The notes beneath the pieces were generated by a model, which was given only the letters and a program-made list of their open reading frames with translations, was not told the origin of the DNA and did no database searches. From contig JBGAGQ010000001.1 in the NCBI GenBank assembly GCA_044226625.1, forward strand, positions 64,001-128,000: 64,000 nucleotides of DNA, given 5' to 3'. Numbering within the stretch: position 1 is the stretch's first letter; every line of letters begins with the position of its first letter. Positions 10,053 through 19,287 of this stretch are shown in pieces. The position numbers and the translations under genes were made by a program. Origin of the DNA: Thermoanaerobaculia bacterium. Lineage in GTDB: Bacteria > Acidobacteriota > Thermoanaerobaculia > Multivoradales > UBA5704.

Positions 10053-11945
10053 GTGATCCGATTTCGTGTCGAAATCCAAGCCGTGGCGAGCGGCTTTGCG
10101 GTGCGAGCCTCCTGCCCGCGAGGGGAGGGCCGCTCCCAGCTCGTTCTGACCACCCCGATCTCGGCGGTACCTTCTTCCAACGGCGAGCACGATCCGAGAG
10201 CGATCGGAGAAGAGCTTTTTAGCTCGCTGCTGATGGGAGAAACCCTTTCGCTCTACGAGCGCTCGATCGACGACCTCGAAGCCGACCCCGACGGCATGCT
10301 CAGGATGGAACTCAGCTTCGATCCGCGGGACCCCGACGTGGCGGCTCTTCAGCGCCTTCCCTGGGAGCTCCTGAACAAACCCGGCTCCCCCGATCTCCTC
10401 GCGCTCGACCGGAGGAGGTCGATCGTCCGGTATCTCACCGTACCCCAGCGGATTACCGCGGCCCCAAAGCCCCAAAAACTGCGCATCCTGGCGGTCACGT
10501 CCGATCCCCGTCTGACCGGAATGCGTCCGTTGAACCTCGAAGGCGAGCTTCAGAGCCTTCGGGACGCCATCGGAAATTCAGGCACTCTCGAGCTGATCGA
10601 GCTAAGGAACGGCACCCTCGCCGCGCTCCGCGAAAAGCTCGTCGAACAGGAGTTCCACGTCCTTCATTTCCTCGGCCACGGGGTTCGACACCCAGCGTCC
10701 GGTGACCAGGTGCTCTATTTCGAGGGGCCTCTTCGCCAAGCCGATCCGGTGAGCGGTTCGGACCTGATGAACAAGCTTTCCGGACGCCCTCGCTTGCGTC
10801 TCGTCGTGCTCAACGCCTGCGAATCCGGCGTCGTTCCCGAGGGATCGAAGGAGATGGAATTCCGGCCCCTGGCGAGTGTTGCGACCTCGCTCGTACTCGG
10901 GGGCATGCCCGCGGTGATCGCGATGCGCAAGCCGATTCGGGACTCCGCGGCGGTGGCTTGGGCCCACGGATTCTATTCGCGCCTGGCGGCGGGCGACACG
11001 ATCGACGCCGCCATGGTCGAAGGGCGCCAACAGGTCCATTCGAGAGACCGTGCTGGCGACGAATGGGCGACGCCGATCCTTTTTCTTCGCTCGGCGACCG
11101 GCGAGCTCTACCCCGAGCGGGAGCTACCGCCAGAGGGGGTCACCCGCTGGCGCCTCGGCCGCCGCTTCGCGATTCTGGTTACCCTGCTTCTCGTCGCCGG
11201 TTTGGCCTGGCTCGGCCGGAGAGAGTGGGTGGATCAGCGGGTCCAGCGCCTCTGCGCGGAGGGCGCCGCCAAGGTCACCGCCGGAAACTGGAACGAGGCA
11301 CGCGAGCGCTTCCGGACCGCTCTGAAGCTCGCTCCCCGCTCGGCCAAGGTGGCGACAAATCTGGCCGCCGCCGAGGAGCAGTTGGGCGACGTGCGCGCGG
11401 CCGAGGATCTCTATCGCGAGGCCGCGCTGCGGGAGCCGGAATCCGTGGATCGGCTCTACGACCTCGGCCACTTCCTAAACGATCACGGCAACCCCGTCGA
11501 GGCTTACGGCGTCCTTTCCAAGGCTGTGACGTGGCCCGCTCCCTCGCCGCGAAACTCCGAGGTCTACGCCGAGCTGGCGCGAGCCGCCCTGTCTCGCGGG
11601 CTTTTCTCCCGCGCGAGAACGAACATCGCCGTCGCGTTGCGGCTCGACCCGGAGCGCGCCGAGTACTACAGGCGCCTCGGCGAGATCGAGCTGGCGAGCG
11701 GCTCTCCCGCGGCGGCGATCGCTCCGCTTGAGAGGGCTCTCGACCTCTTCGCCGTCGGCGATCTCGGGCGCATCGAGACGCTCGCCCTGCTCGCGCAATC
11801 CGAAGACCGGCTCGGCAACGCCGCCGCCACCTGCCGTCGGGTCGACGACTTCCGCCTGCTCGACAACCAGGGGATCTCGCCCTGGGCCCCGGCGGTGGAG
11901 GAAATCGCCCGCCGCCGGGCTTGCCCTGAAAGGACCGACGGATGA
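10053..11945 (+). CDS. N-terminal CHAT domain + TM + C-terminal TPR protein
   Basis: LQRLPWELL, HVLHFLGHG, VVLNACES, EWATPILF; TM FAILVTLLLVAGLAWL; then TPRs. Start uncertain: GTG 10053 chosen, frame is open from 9810. Confidence 0.85.
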   Translation: MIRFRVEIQAVASGFAVRASCPRGEGRSQLVLTTPISAVPSSNGEHDPRAIGEELFSSLLMGETLSLYERSIDDLEADPDGMLRMELSFDPRDPDVAALQRLPWELLNKPGSPDLLALDRRRSIVRYLTVPQRITAAPKPQKLRILAVTSDPRLTGMRPLNLEGELQSLRDAIGNSGTLELIELRNGTLAALREKLVEQEFHVLHFLGHGVRHPASGDQVLYFEGPLRQADPVSGSDLMNKLSGRPRLRLVVLNACESGVVPEGSKEMEFRPLASVATSLVLGGMPAVIAMRKPIRDSAAVAWAHGFYSRLAAGDTIDAAMVEGRQQVHSRDRAGDEWATPILFLRSATGELYPERELPPEGVTRWRLGRRFAILVTLLLVAGLAWLGRREWVDQRVQRLCAEGAAKVTAGNWNEARERFRTALKLAPRSAKVATNLAAAEEQLGDVRAAEDLYREAALREPESVDRLYDLGHFLNDHGNPVEAYGVLSKAVTWPAPSPRNSEVYAELARAALSRGLFSRARTNIAVALRLDPERAEYYRRLGEIELASGSPAAAIAPLERALDLFAVGDLGRIETLALLAQSEDRLGNAAATCRRVDDFRLLDNQGISPWAPAVEEIARRRACPERTDG

Positions 11946-13153
11946 CTCAGAGCTTTCTTCGTTCGGGATTCCGCGCGGCCTCCCGGCTCGCGCTTCTCAC
12001 GGCCCTGCCGGCTGGCGCGCTATCTGCCCGCCCCGAGATCTCCGCTCGGCTCACCCAGATCGGCGGCGCGGTGGAGGTGGCAGGCCCAGGGGTCCGGAGC
12101 CTGCCCGCCGCGAACGCCTGGCAAATCGTTCAAGAAGGAGCCCTGGTGCGCGTACCCGCCGAGGGGTTCGTCGGCGTGGTCTGCTCGAACCGCCGCTACG
12201 TCCCGCTCAAGGGACCGGCCGTTTGGAAGCTTTCAGAGAGGGCATGCAATACCGGCCGGCTCCTGACCGAAGCCCAATACGCGCTCGTGGCGCCGCGCGC
12301 CGGCCGGTTCGAGGTGGTGGAAGGGATGATGGTCATCGACCGCGAGCTGCGCACCATTCGGGGCGAGAACCCTTTCGCGCCGACGGTCTATTCGCTTCGG
12401 AACTGTGTACTGCCCTCGCTTCGTCCCACCCTTTGGTGGCTCGCGGGCGAGAGCGCGGAAGAGTACCGGGTCGAATGGCGACGAGGCGACGTGACCGAGC
12501 ATCGCTTCCAGATTTCAGCGGCCGAAGCGACCTGCCATCGAGATCCGGACGGGCTCGACCTCTGCTCGTACCCTTGGCCCGCGGAGGCTCCGGATCTTGC
12601 CCAGGATTCGGAATACCTCCTCAACGTCTCGGCTCGAAACGGCGTCTCTCCAAACTGGTTCGCCGACACGCCGGTTGACGCGCGAACGCCGCGGCCGGGG
12701 GACGACGCCCAACTTCGAGCCGCACTGGCCGAGCTACGGAACGCGGGCCTCGTGGGCGACGATCTGCTGACGGCAGAGGCCGGGCTCTTCGCGAGGCGAC
12801 GCCTGTACTCGCAAGCGATCCCGATCTATCGACAGCTTCGCGCCAGTAATCCATCCCCGGAGCTCGCCGTCACCCTCGCCGACCTCTACCTCGTCACCGG
12901 CCTCGACTTCCTCGCCGAGCCGCTCTACCGCGAGGCGCTCGCGGGCGATTCGAAAGCCGTTCGAGCGGCCGCCTACTTCGGGTTGGGCCGGATCGCCTAC
13001 GAGGGCCAACGCTATTGCGACGCCGTCGGCTCTTTCGAGCTGGCGAGGCAAGTCTACGACGAGCGAAGTCTCACCCAAGAGGCCGAGGCGGCGAATCGAG
13101 CGCTAACGCGAGCGGTGCAGGAATCGGCGAAGTCTTTGGAAAAGTCGCCGTGA
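11942..13153 (+). CDS. exported protein: FecR-like N-terminus, Ig/FN3-like middle, C-terminal TPR
   Basis: ATGA overlap with the upstream CHAT gene; signal peptide; ARLTQIGGAVEV; RPTLWW..YRVEW; TPR-like helices. Confidence 0.7.
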   Translation: MTQSFLRSGFRAASRLALLTALPAGALSARPEISARLTQIGGAVEVAGPGVRSLPAANAWQIVQEGALVRVPAEGFVGVVCSNRRYVPLKGPAVWKLSERACNTGRLLTEAQYALVAPRAGRFEVVEGMMVIDRELRTIRGENPFAPTVYSLRNCVLPSLRPTLWWLAGESAEEYRVEWRRGDVTEHRFQISAAEATCHRDPDGLDLCSYPWPAEAPDLAQDSEYLLNVSARNGVSPNWFADTPVDARTPRPGDDAQLRAALAELRNAGLVGDDLLTAEAGLFARRRLYSQAIPIYRQLRASNPSPELAVTLADLYLVTGLDFLAEPLYREALAGDSKAVRAAAYFGLGRIAYEGQRYCDAVGSFELARQVYDERSLTQEAEAANRALTRAVQESAKSLEKSP

Positions 13154-13396
13154 TGCACCTCGGACCCGCAAGCGCAGGTCGCCGAACGCGCGAGCGATGA
13201 GGAAGACGCGGGCGCCTTGAAGCTCGGCCGGCGGAACCCGACGGGAAAGCTCGACCACCGCGCGCTCCGCATCGCTCTCGACGATGCGGCCGAAAGCCAG
13301 ACGGGTGACGGCGTTGTCTCGTTCAGCACCGGCCCGATGGACTTTGACTTTGGGGGCCGGAGCGGAGGAGGAGCTCAGCGAACTCGGCGGGACACT

Positions 13397-16300
13397 TCAC
13401 GGTCGTTTGGATTCGGAAATCCTTTCGGATCGGAACAGCCTTTCCGTCGAAGTACGGGGGTCTCCGGTGTACGCGTAACCGGCCCAATAGAAAGGCGCCC
13501 CGTATTTCGGGTGAACGATCATCTCGCTTTGCGCCGCGCGTAGCGCTTCCGACGCGGCTCGGCCCTCGACGAGGTGGCGGTAGAGAGAATCGATCAGCAA
13601 CGCCGAGGCCTCGTCGTCGATGCTCCAGAGGGTTGCGACCACGCCCCCCGCACCCGCGAAGAGAAAGGCGCGAATCATCCCTTCGATCTCGTCGCCCCCG
13701 GATCTCTTGCCGAGGCCGCTCTGACAGGAGGACAGCACCACGAGCGGCCGTGCGGGCAACCGCAGCTCGTCGAAGATCTCCCCCATCTCCAGACGGCCGT
13801 CCTGTTCGGCGTCCGGCGCGAGGGCCAGATAGCTCACCCTCGGCCGTTTCGAATCCTGCTCACCGTGCGCCGCGAGGTGGAGCAACGAGAGCGACGCAGC
13901 CTGCTTTCGCAGGATCGATTCCCGCGCCTGCGCTCCCACCTTCGCGGTCACGCCCAGGAGCCGCGCGACCCCTTCCGCCTCTCGCCGGGCCGCTGGCAAG
14001 GGCGGAAGGTCCGGGATTTCGGTCGCAGGATCGCCGAACACTAGCGCGCCGGCAGCAGCAGATAGCGACGGCTCCCCGGGCCTCGCGTTCGCCTCCGCCA
14101 CCAGCGCACCGGCCGCGGGGAGCAGGCTCAAGGCGTAGTCCTGGATCAGATACCGCCCCGTGCCCGGCTCCTGGAGCGCGCCCCAAGGCAACCGCTGAAG
14201 GGCATCATGGGGGACGAGCAGCAGGCGCGAGGCCCGCAGATGGGGACGCAAAGGGGCGATCAACGATCGATATAAACCCTCGCTCACCGAGCGGAATGTC
14301 GTCAAACCGGGATCGACCACCTCCACGCCCCGCTCGAGGAGACGATCGGGCCGGACGCCCGAATACCCTTCGGCCGGGATCGCCGAACGAAGCCTCTCGA
14401 CGTCCCGGGCTAACTGCCCGCGGGAGGGCGAAAGCTCGAACGAGGCCAGGCCTTCGCGGTCGAGAACCCAGGCGATCGTCTTGCCCGGCAAGGTGAAGAA
14501 GCTCACCAGAGCGGTATCCTCCGGAAGCGCCGCTCGGATCTCCGCGACGGTCGGGGGTCGGCTGACCGGCAACTCGGAGTACCCGGGTTGCAGCAACTTA
14601 AGCCGGAGCAGCAGGTCGTCCCTCGAGCCGCGCAGTTCTTCGACCTTCGCCAAGCTGTCCCGATCGTCCGCGGGCTCGAGCGTCTTCAAACGGGCGTTGA
14701 TCTCGTCGATGCGGGCGAGAAGGTCCGGATCCCCTTCCGCTCGGGGGTCGGATCGCGGCCCCCCCAACCAGCGAAGGAGCGTCGACGCTCGGGCGCGTTC
14801 GGCGCTCGCGAAAGCGTCCTCCGTACGGCCCGCGGCGACTTCCAGCTCGATCAGGGGCTCGAAGCTCTTCGCCGTTTCGCGCGCGACGTTCAGGGAGAAC
14901 TCGTCGAGACGGAGATGCTCTTGGCGCTCCTCGGCGGAGTCCGCGAGCTCTCGGGCCGCCGCGATCGCCTCCTCCGGTTTGCCCTGGCTCGCTAGCAGGC
15001 TCGACCGGAGGGCCAGGATCACCTTCCGATCCGGGGCATCCTTCGCCATCGCCTCGGCGGGGAGATTCGCGAGCTCCTTCAGCCTCCGTCGCCAGGGGGC
15101 CGAAATCGGCCGTCGGATCGTCGCGAACGGCCTCGAGCAGCCGTCGCGTGTTGGTCATGCCTTCCGCCGGAAGTAGATCCTCCAGCGCCACCCCGAGCTT
15201 CCCGAGCTGAGCGAGGCTCACGGGCTCCTTCTCGTCCATCGCTGCAGCAGCCTCGAGGAGCGCGCCAACTTCAGGAGAGATGTCGGAAATCAGCTCGGCC
15301 AGCTTCCGAAAGGCCTTCACCTTCTCCGGCCCATCGGCTTGCTCTCCCAGCGCTACAGAGAACCAATGCAAGGTTTCTGCTTGCCTCATGTCATCCTCGG
15401 TGCCGGCCTTTTCCCGCGCGACGTCCGCCGCGCGCCGGCTTCGTTCCGACGCTCCCAGGTCCGAGAACAGGATTGACTCCAGACTATGAAGAAAGGAGGG
15501 CAACGAAGGTTCGAGCTTTTGGGCTTCCGCCAGGAGCGCCACCGCCTCCTCCGCCCGATTTGCGTTCCGCGCCAGGAGCGACAACACCGCGAGCACCTTC
15601 GCTCGATCCTCGGGCTCCATGGCCGCGGAGAGCAGCTTCTTACCCTGGACGAATAGCTCCTCGGCCGCGGGCGATCCGAGCGGAACGCCGCGCCGCTGCG
15701 ATTCCTCCAGCAGGGCCACCACCTTCCGCTTGGGGTCGCTCTTGGACTTTTCGATAAAGGCCAAAACCTTACGGGCCGGTATGCCAAGGGACGTTTCCAG
15801 ACCCGATGAAAGCTCGAGGACTCGGTTCAGCTCATTGTTCGCCTCATCGAAACGGCCATGTCCGACCAGAATCTCGGCCAGGCTTCCACGCGACAGCCCT
15901 TCCAACAGGGCGGGAATTCGTTCGATCTTTTCCGCCGGTTTCCAGCCGAGCTTCGCAGCGAGCCGCAAAGCCCAGAGGAGCTTTTCGATGCCGTCGACGG
16001 GCTTCCGAAAGACGTGATTCAGAGAACGGGGCATCGCCGCGGCCAGCTTCGCGGCCCGACGCAAGAGCGTCTCCGCCTCGGCATCGTCGTCGCGCTCTTT
16101 CGCCGTAAGACCGAGGCTCAGTGAGAGGACTGCGGGCGCCAGCCGATCGCCCGCTTGCACGTACCGCTCCAAGGCCTGCTCGAAGTACGCCCGCGACGTC
16201 GCTTCGTCCTCGAAAGTGGAGAGCCCGAGCAGGGTGAGCGCGTTCGCCTCCTCGCCGAGATCTCCCTTCGCTTTCGCCTCGGCGCGCTGCTTTTCCAGTT

Positions 16301-16478
16301 GTTCGACGACGAAGTGGCGGGCCGAGCTCGTCAACTCTCCCGGTTTGAGCGAGGTTCGGGCTTCCGCTTCTCCGAGTCCGGCGATCGTCAAAGCCCAGGC
16401 GAGGAGGATGACGAGGCGTCGGCGCACAGCCCCCCTTCCAGCTTCGGTCTGCGTCCTCTCGGTACCCGGTCTGGCCAC
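13397..16478 (-). pseudogene. TPR + CHAT protease split by a 1-nt frameshift (ORFs 14598-16559 and 13397-15049)
   Basis: GTG 16478 with AGGAGG RBS, signal peptide and TPRs. Removing one base from the G5 run at 15095-15099 joins the two frames (FGPWRRRLKELANLPAEAMAKD). CHAT motifs HLAAHG, LSSCQSG and PFYWAGY are intact. Confidence 0.75.
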
Positions 16479-16615
16479 GTTCGAGCCCTCCTTCTTTTCA
16501 AAGACACTCTTGATCGCTGAGAGGGGGCGACTGTTCAGACGGAGAGGGCTCGGAATCACGGCGGGCGTGTCATCGAAGCGGCGCGGGCTCCCTTGCCCTG
16601 CCCGTCCCCGATCGA

Positions 16616-16645
16616 TTGACGCTTATAGCCCGTTGGTGATACCTT
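16616..16645 (+). promoter_or_regulatory. putative sigma70 promoter
   Basis: TTGACG-N18-TACCTT with extended TG, upstream of AAGGAG RBS and ATG 16669. Confidence 0.4.
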
Positions 16646-16668
16646 CCTCAGGTCCAAAAGGAGTGGTC

Positions 16669-17127
16669 ATGGTCACAGTGCGATTCGGCAAGATCCTGTT
16701 GGCTGCTGGAATGTTCGCCGCGAGCCTTTCGGCTTCGGCCCAAACCGGTCCCTTTCAATTTCACGCGATCTCGCCCTGCCGTATCGCGGACACCCGTTCG
16801 GGCTTCGGCGGCATCATGACCGCCGGTGCGACGCGCGACTTCACGGTGCAGGGCGTTTGCGGCATCCCCTCCGGAGCGGCCGCGGTCGTCGTGAACGTGA
16901 CGGTCGTCGGCCCGACCGCGACCGGATTCCTCACGCTCTATCCCTCGAACCTCGCGAGCCCGCCGCTCGTCGCCACGCTGACGTTCAACGCGGGCGAGCC
17001 GGCGCTCGGCAACGGCGCGATCGTGCCGCTCAAGGCGACCACCCCCGACCTGCGGGCGGTGTACGGCATCGCCGGCGGCTCGGCGACCACCCACGTGGTC
17101 ATCGACGCCACGGGCTACTTCCAGTAA
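16669..17127 (+). CDS. secreted protein with PCRxxDTR beta-domain (acidobacterial surface-protein type)
   Basis: AAGGAG RBS; signal peptide ending ASA-Q; SPCRIADTR...CGIPSGAAAVVVNVTV...HVVIDATGYF. Confidence 0.8.
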   Translation: MVTVRFGKILLAAGMFAASLSASAQTGPFQFHAISPCRIADTRSGFGGIMTAGATRDFTVQGVCGIPSGAAAVVVNVTVVGPTATGFLTLYPSNLASPPLVATLTFNAGEPALGNGAIVPLKATTPDLRAVYGIAGGSATTHVVIDATGYFQ

Positions 17128-17163
17128 ACGGCGAGTAGAACCCGCTCGCACACGAGCGATCGA

Positions 17164-17203
17164 GGGCCGCTCGGCAGCACCTGCCGGGCGGCCCTTTTGC
17201 TTT
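17164..17203 (+). terminator. rho-independent terminator
   Basis: GGGCCGCTCGGCAG-cac-CTGCCGGGCGGCCC followed by TTTTGCTTT. Confidence 0.85.
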
Positions 17204-19190
17204 GGGACGAGAACCGCACCCTCCCCGAACCGCCCCCTTGAGTTCCCCACTCCGACCGCCCCGGCCGCTCGTCGCCGCGATCCTGCTCGTCCTGGTCGCG
17301 AGCTTGTCGATGACCCTGTTCGAGCTCCGGGGCCGCGTCCCGTTCAGCTCCGACCAGTCGATCATCGGCCTGATCGGGCTCGACATCCTGAACCACGGCA
17401 AGCATCCGGTCTTCTGCTACGGCTCGGAGTACGGCGGCACGCTTGAGCCCCATCTGCTCGCCCTCACGTTCGGCCTGTTCGGCGCGTCACCGGCCGTCTT
17501 CCGCGTCACCCTCGCCGTGCTGGTCGTCCTCCTCGTCCTCGCCGTCTGGGCGTTCACTCGGCGGGCGTTCGGCGAGGGCGCGGCGTTCGCGGCGGGGCTC
17601 TATCTGGCGATCGCCCCGTCGTTCTTCCTCTACAAGGGGCTTACGTCGGACGGCGCCTACACTTCGCTCCTCCTCCTCTCGGCGCTCGCCCTGCTGTTCG
17701 CCCTGCGGGTCGACGACCATTTCGAGTGGAACCAAGTTGACGGACTGCGGTCGCCGGCCCAGCCGGACACCAGGAAGACGGCGCTCGATCTCCTCGTCCT
17801 CGGCGGCCTGCTCGGCATGGCCTGGTGGGTCCATCCGCTGTCGATCTTCCTCGGCGCGCCAATCGCGATCCTCGCGTTGACGGGCCGTTGGCGGCTCTGG
17901 CTCGGGCCGAAGAGCCTGGCTCTGCTCGCCCTCGGTTTCCTGGTGGGCGATTTCCCCTGGTGGTGGCACAACGTGCGCCACGGTTTCCCGAGCTTGAAGG
18001 CACCGGAGATGGCCGCGGCGACCTCGGCGCAAGGGGTCGATCCCCTATCCGAGCGGCTCGGCGACCTGTTCCGCCTCGGTTGGAACGACGTGCTCGGCGG
18101 GCGCTCGACCTGGGCGCACGGAACGACGTTTCCCGGCTCGACCGCGATCGCGATCGTCCTGCTGCTGGTCCTGCTCGGTTTCGGCCTTTACCAGCTGCGC
18201 GCCGCCGCCGGGCGGGCTCGCCGCCGACACGCGGCGATGCTGGTCTCGATCCTGGTCGCCGTGCCGGTCCTGAACCTCGCGATCGCGCGCACCGATTTCG
18301 TCGATCCGCGCTATCTGCTCCCGACCTATCTCGCGATCGCGCCGCTCGCGGGGCTCGCGGTCGTCTCGCTCCGGCCGCGGGCGCTCGCCGCCCTGCTCGC
18401 CACTGCACTTCTCGGCATGAACCTCGCGAGCCAGTGGACGGCGCCCCAGCTCGCCGGTCGCGAGGGGGGACGCTTCGACGTTTCGGGCGCCCGTCTGGTC
18501 GCCGAGATCCGCGCGCGCGGCATCGATTCGCTCTACGCCTCGTACTGGACCGCCTACCGCATCGCGTTCCTCTCAGGCGGCATGATCGCCGCGAGCCCGT
18601 TCGGCACGTCGACGAACTCGTTCGTGCGCGATCTCGACCTGCGGGCGAAGGTCGACGCCGATCCGCACCCGAGCTTCCTGCTGAGCGGCGAGGACCGGCG
18701 GCGCCTCACCGAGCTGCTGGAGCGCCGCGGCCTCCCCTCCAAGCGCGAGACGCTCGAGGGGTACACGCTGTTTTCCGACCTCGACCCAGACTTCGCGGGC
18801 AAGCTCCGGGCCTGCCACTGCATTCCGGCCGCGGCAAGCCCAGGCGACATCGAGTGGCTGAAGGCCGAGGGCCCGACGGAGATGCACCGCGGAGAAAGGG
18901 CGATCTTCACGGTCGAATTCCGCACGTTCCTCCTGATGCCGTTCTCGAACAACGTCCACCTCTCCTACCGCTGGCGCCCCGCCGACGGCTCCGCCGCGGT
19001 CGAGGGCGACCGGGTGATGCTCGTCACGAAAGCGATGCGCGGCGCGACGGTCGAAGCCGAGCTGCCGGTGGTCGCCGACCTGCCGCCCGGCAAGCACCGC
19101 CTGGTGATCGATCTGGTCGAGGAGAACTTCGCCTGGTTCGAGGATTTGGGCCTGCCGCCGAAATCGCTCGACGTGGCGGTGGTGCCGTAG
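17202..19190 (+). CDS. GT-C (ArnT/PMT-like) integral membrane glycosyltransferase with C-terminal Ig-like domain
   Basis: FSSDQSIIGL...YGSEYGGTLE first loop, many TM helices, RYLLP, YASYWTAY, HLSYRW...IDLVEENFAWF; start uncertain. Confidence 0.75.
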   Translation: MGREPHPPRTAPLSSPLRPPRPLVAAILLVLVASLSMTLFELRGRVPFSSDQSIIGLIGLDILNHGKHPVFCYGSEYGGTLEPHLLALTFGLFGASPAVFRVTLAVLVVLLVLAVWAFTRRAFGEGAAFAAGLYLAIAPSFFLYKGLTSDGAYTSLLLLSALALLFALRVDDHFEWNQVDGLRSPAQPDTRKTALDLLVLGGLLGMAWWVHPLSIFLGAPIAILALTGRWRLWLGPKSLALLALGFLVGDFPWWWHNVRHGFPSLKAPEMAAATSAQGVDPLSERLGDLFRLGWNDVLGGRSTWAHGTTFPGSTAIAIVLLLVLLGFGLYQLRAAAGRARRRHAAMLVSILVAVPVLNLAIARTDFVDPRYLLPTYLAIAPLAGLAVVSLRPRALAALLATALLGMNLASQWTAPQLAGREGGRFDVSGARLVAEIRARGIDSLYASYWTAYRIAFLSGGMIAASPFGTSTNSFVRDLDLRAKVDADPHPSFLLSGEDRRRLTELLERRGLPSKRETLEGYTLFSDLDPDFAGKLRACHCIPAAASPGDIEWLKAEGPTEMHRGERAIFTVEFRTFLLMPFSNNVHLSYRWRPADGSAAVEGDRVMLVTKAMRGATVEAELPVVADLPPGKHRLVIDLVEENFAWFEDLGLPPKSLDVAVVP

Positions 19191-19287
19191 GCCGTCGTCC
19201 ACGCCCGCTTGTGGGGTCGAAGCGCGCCTAACACCAGGGCCGGCCCCTGGGGGTCTTTGCTGCCATCAACCTCGATGGGAGACCTCC

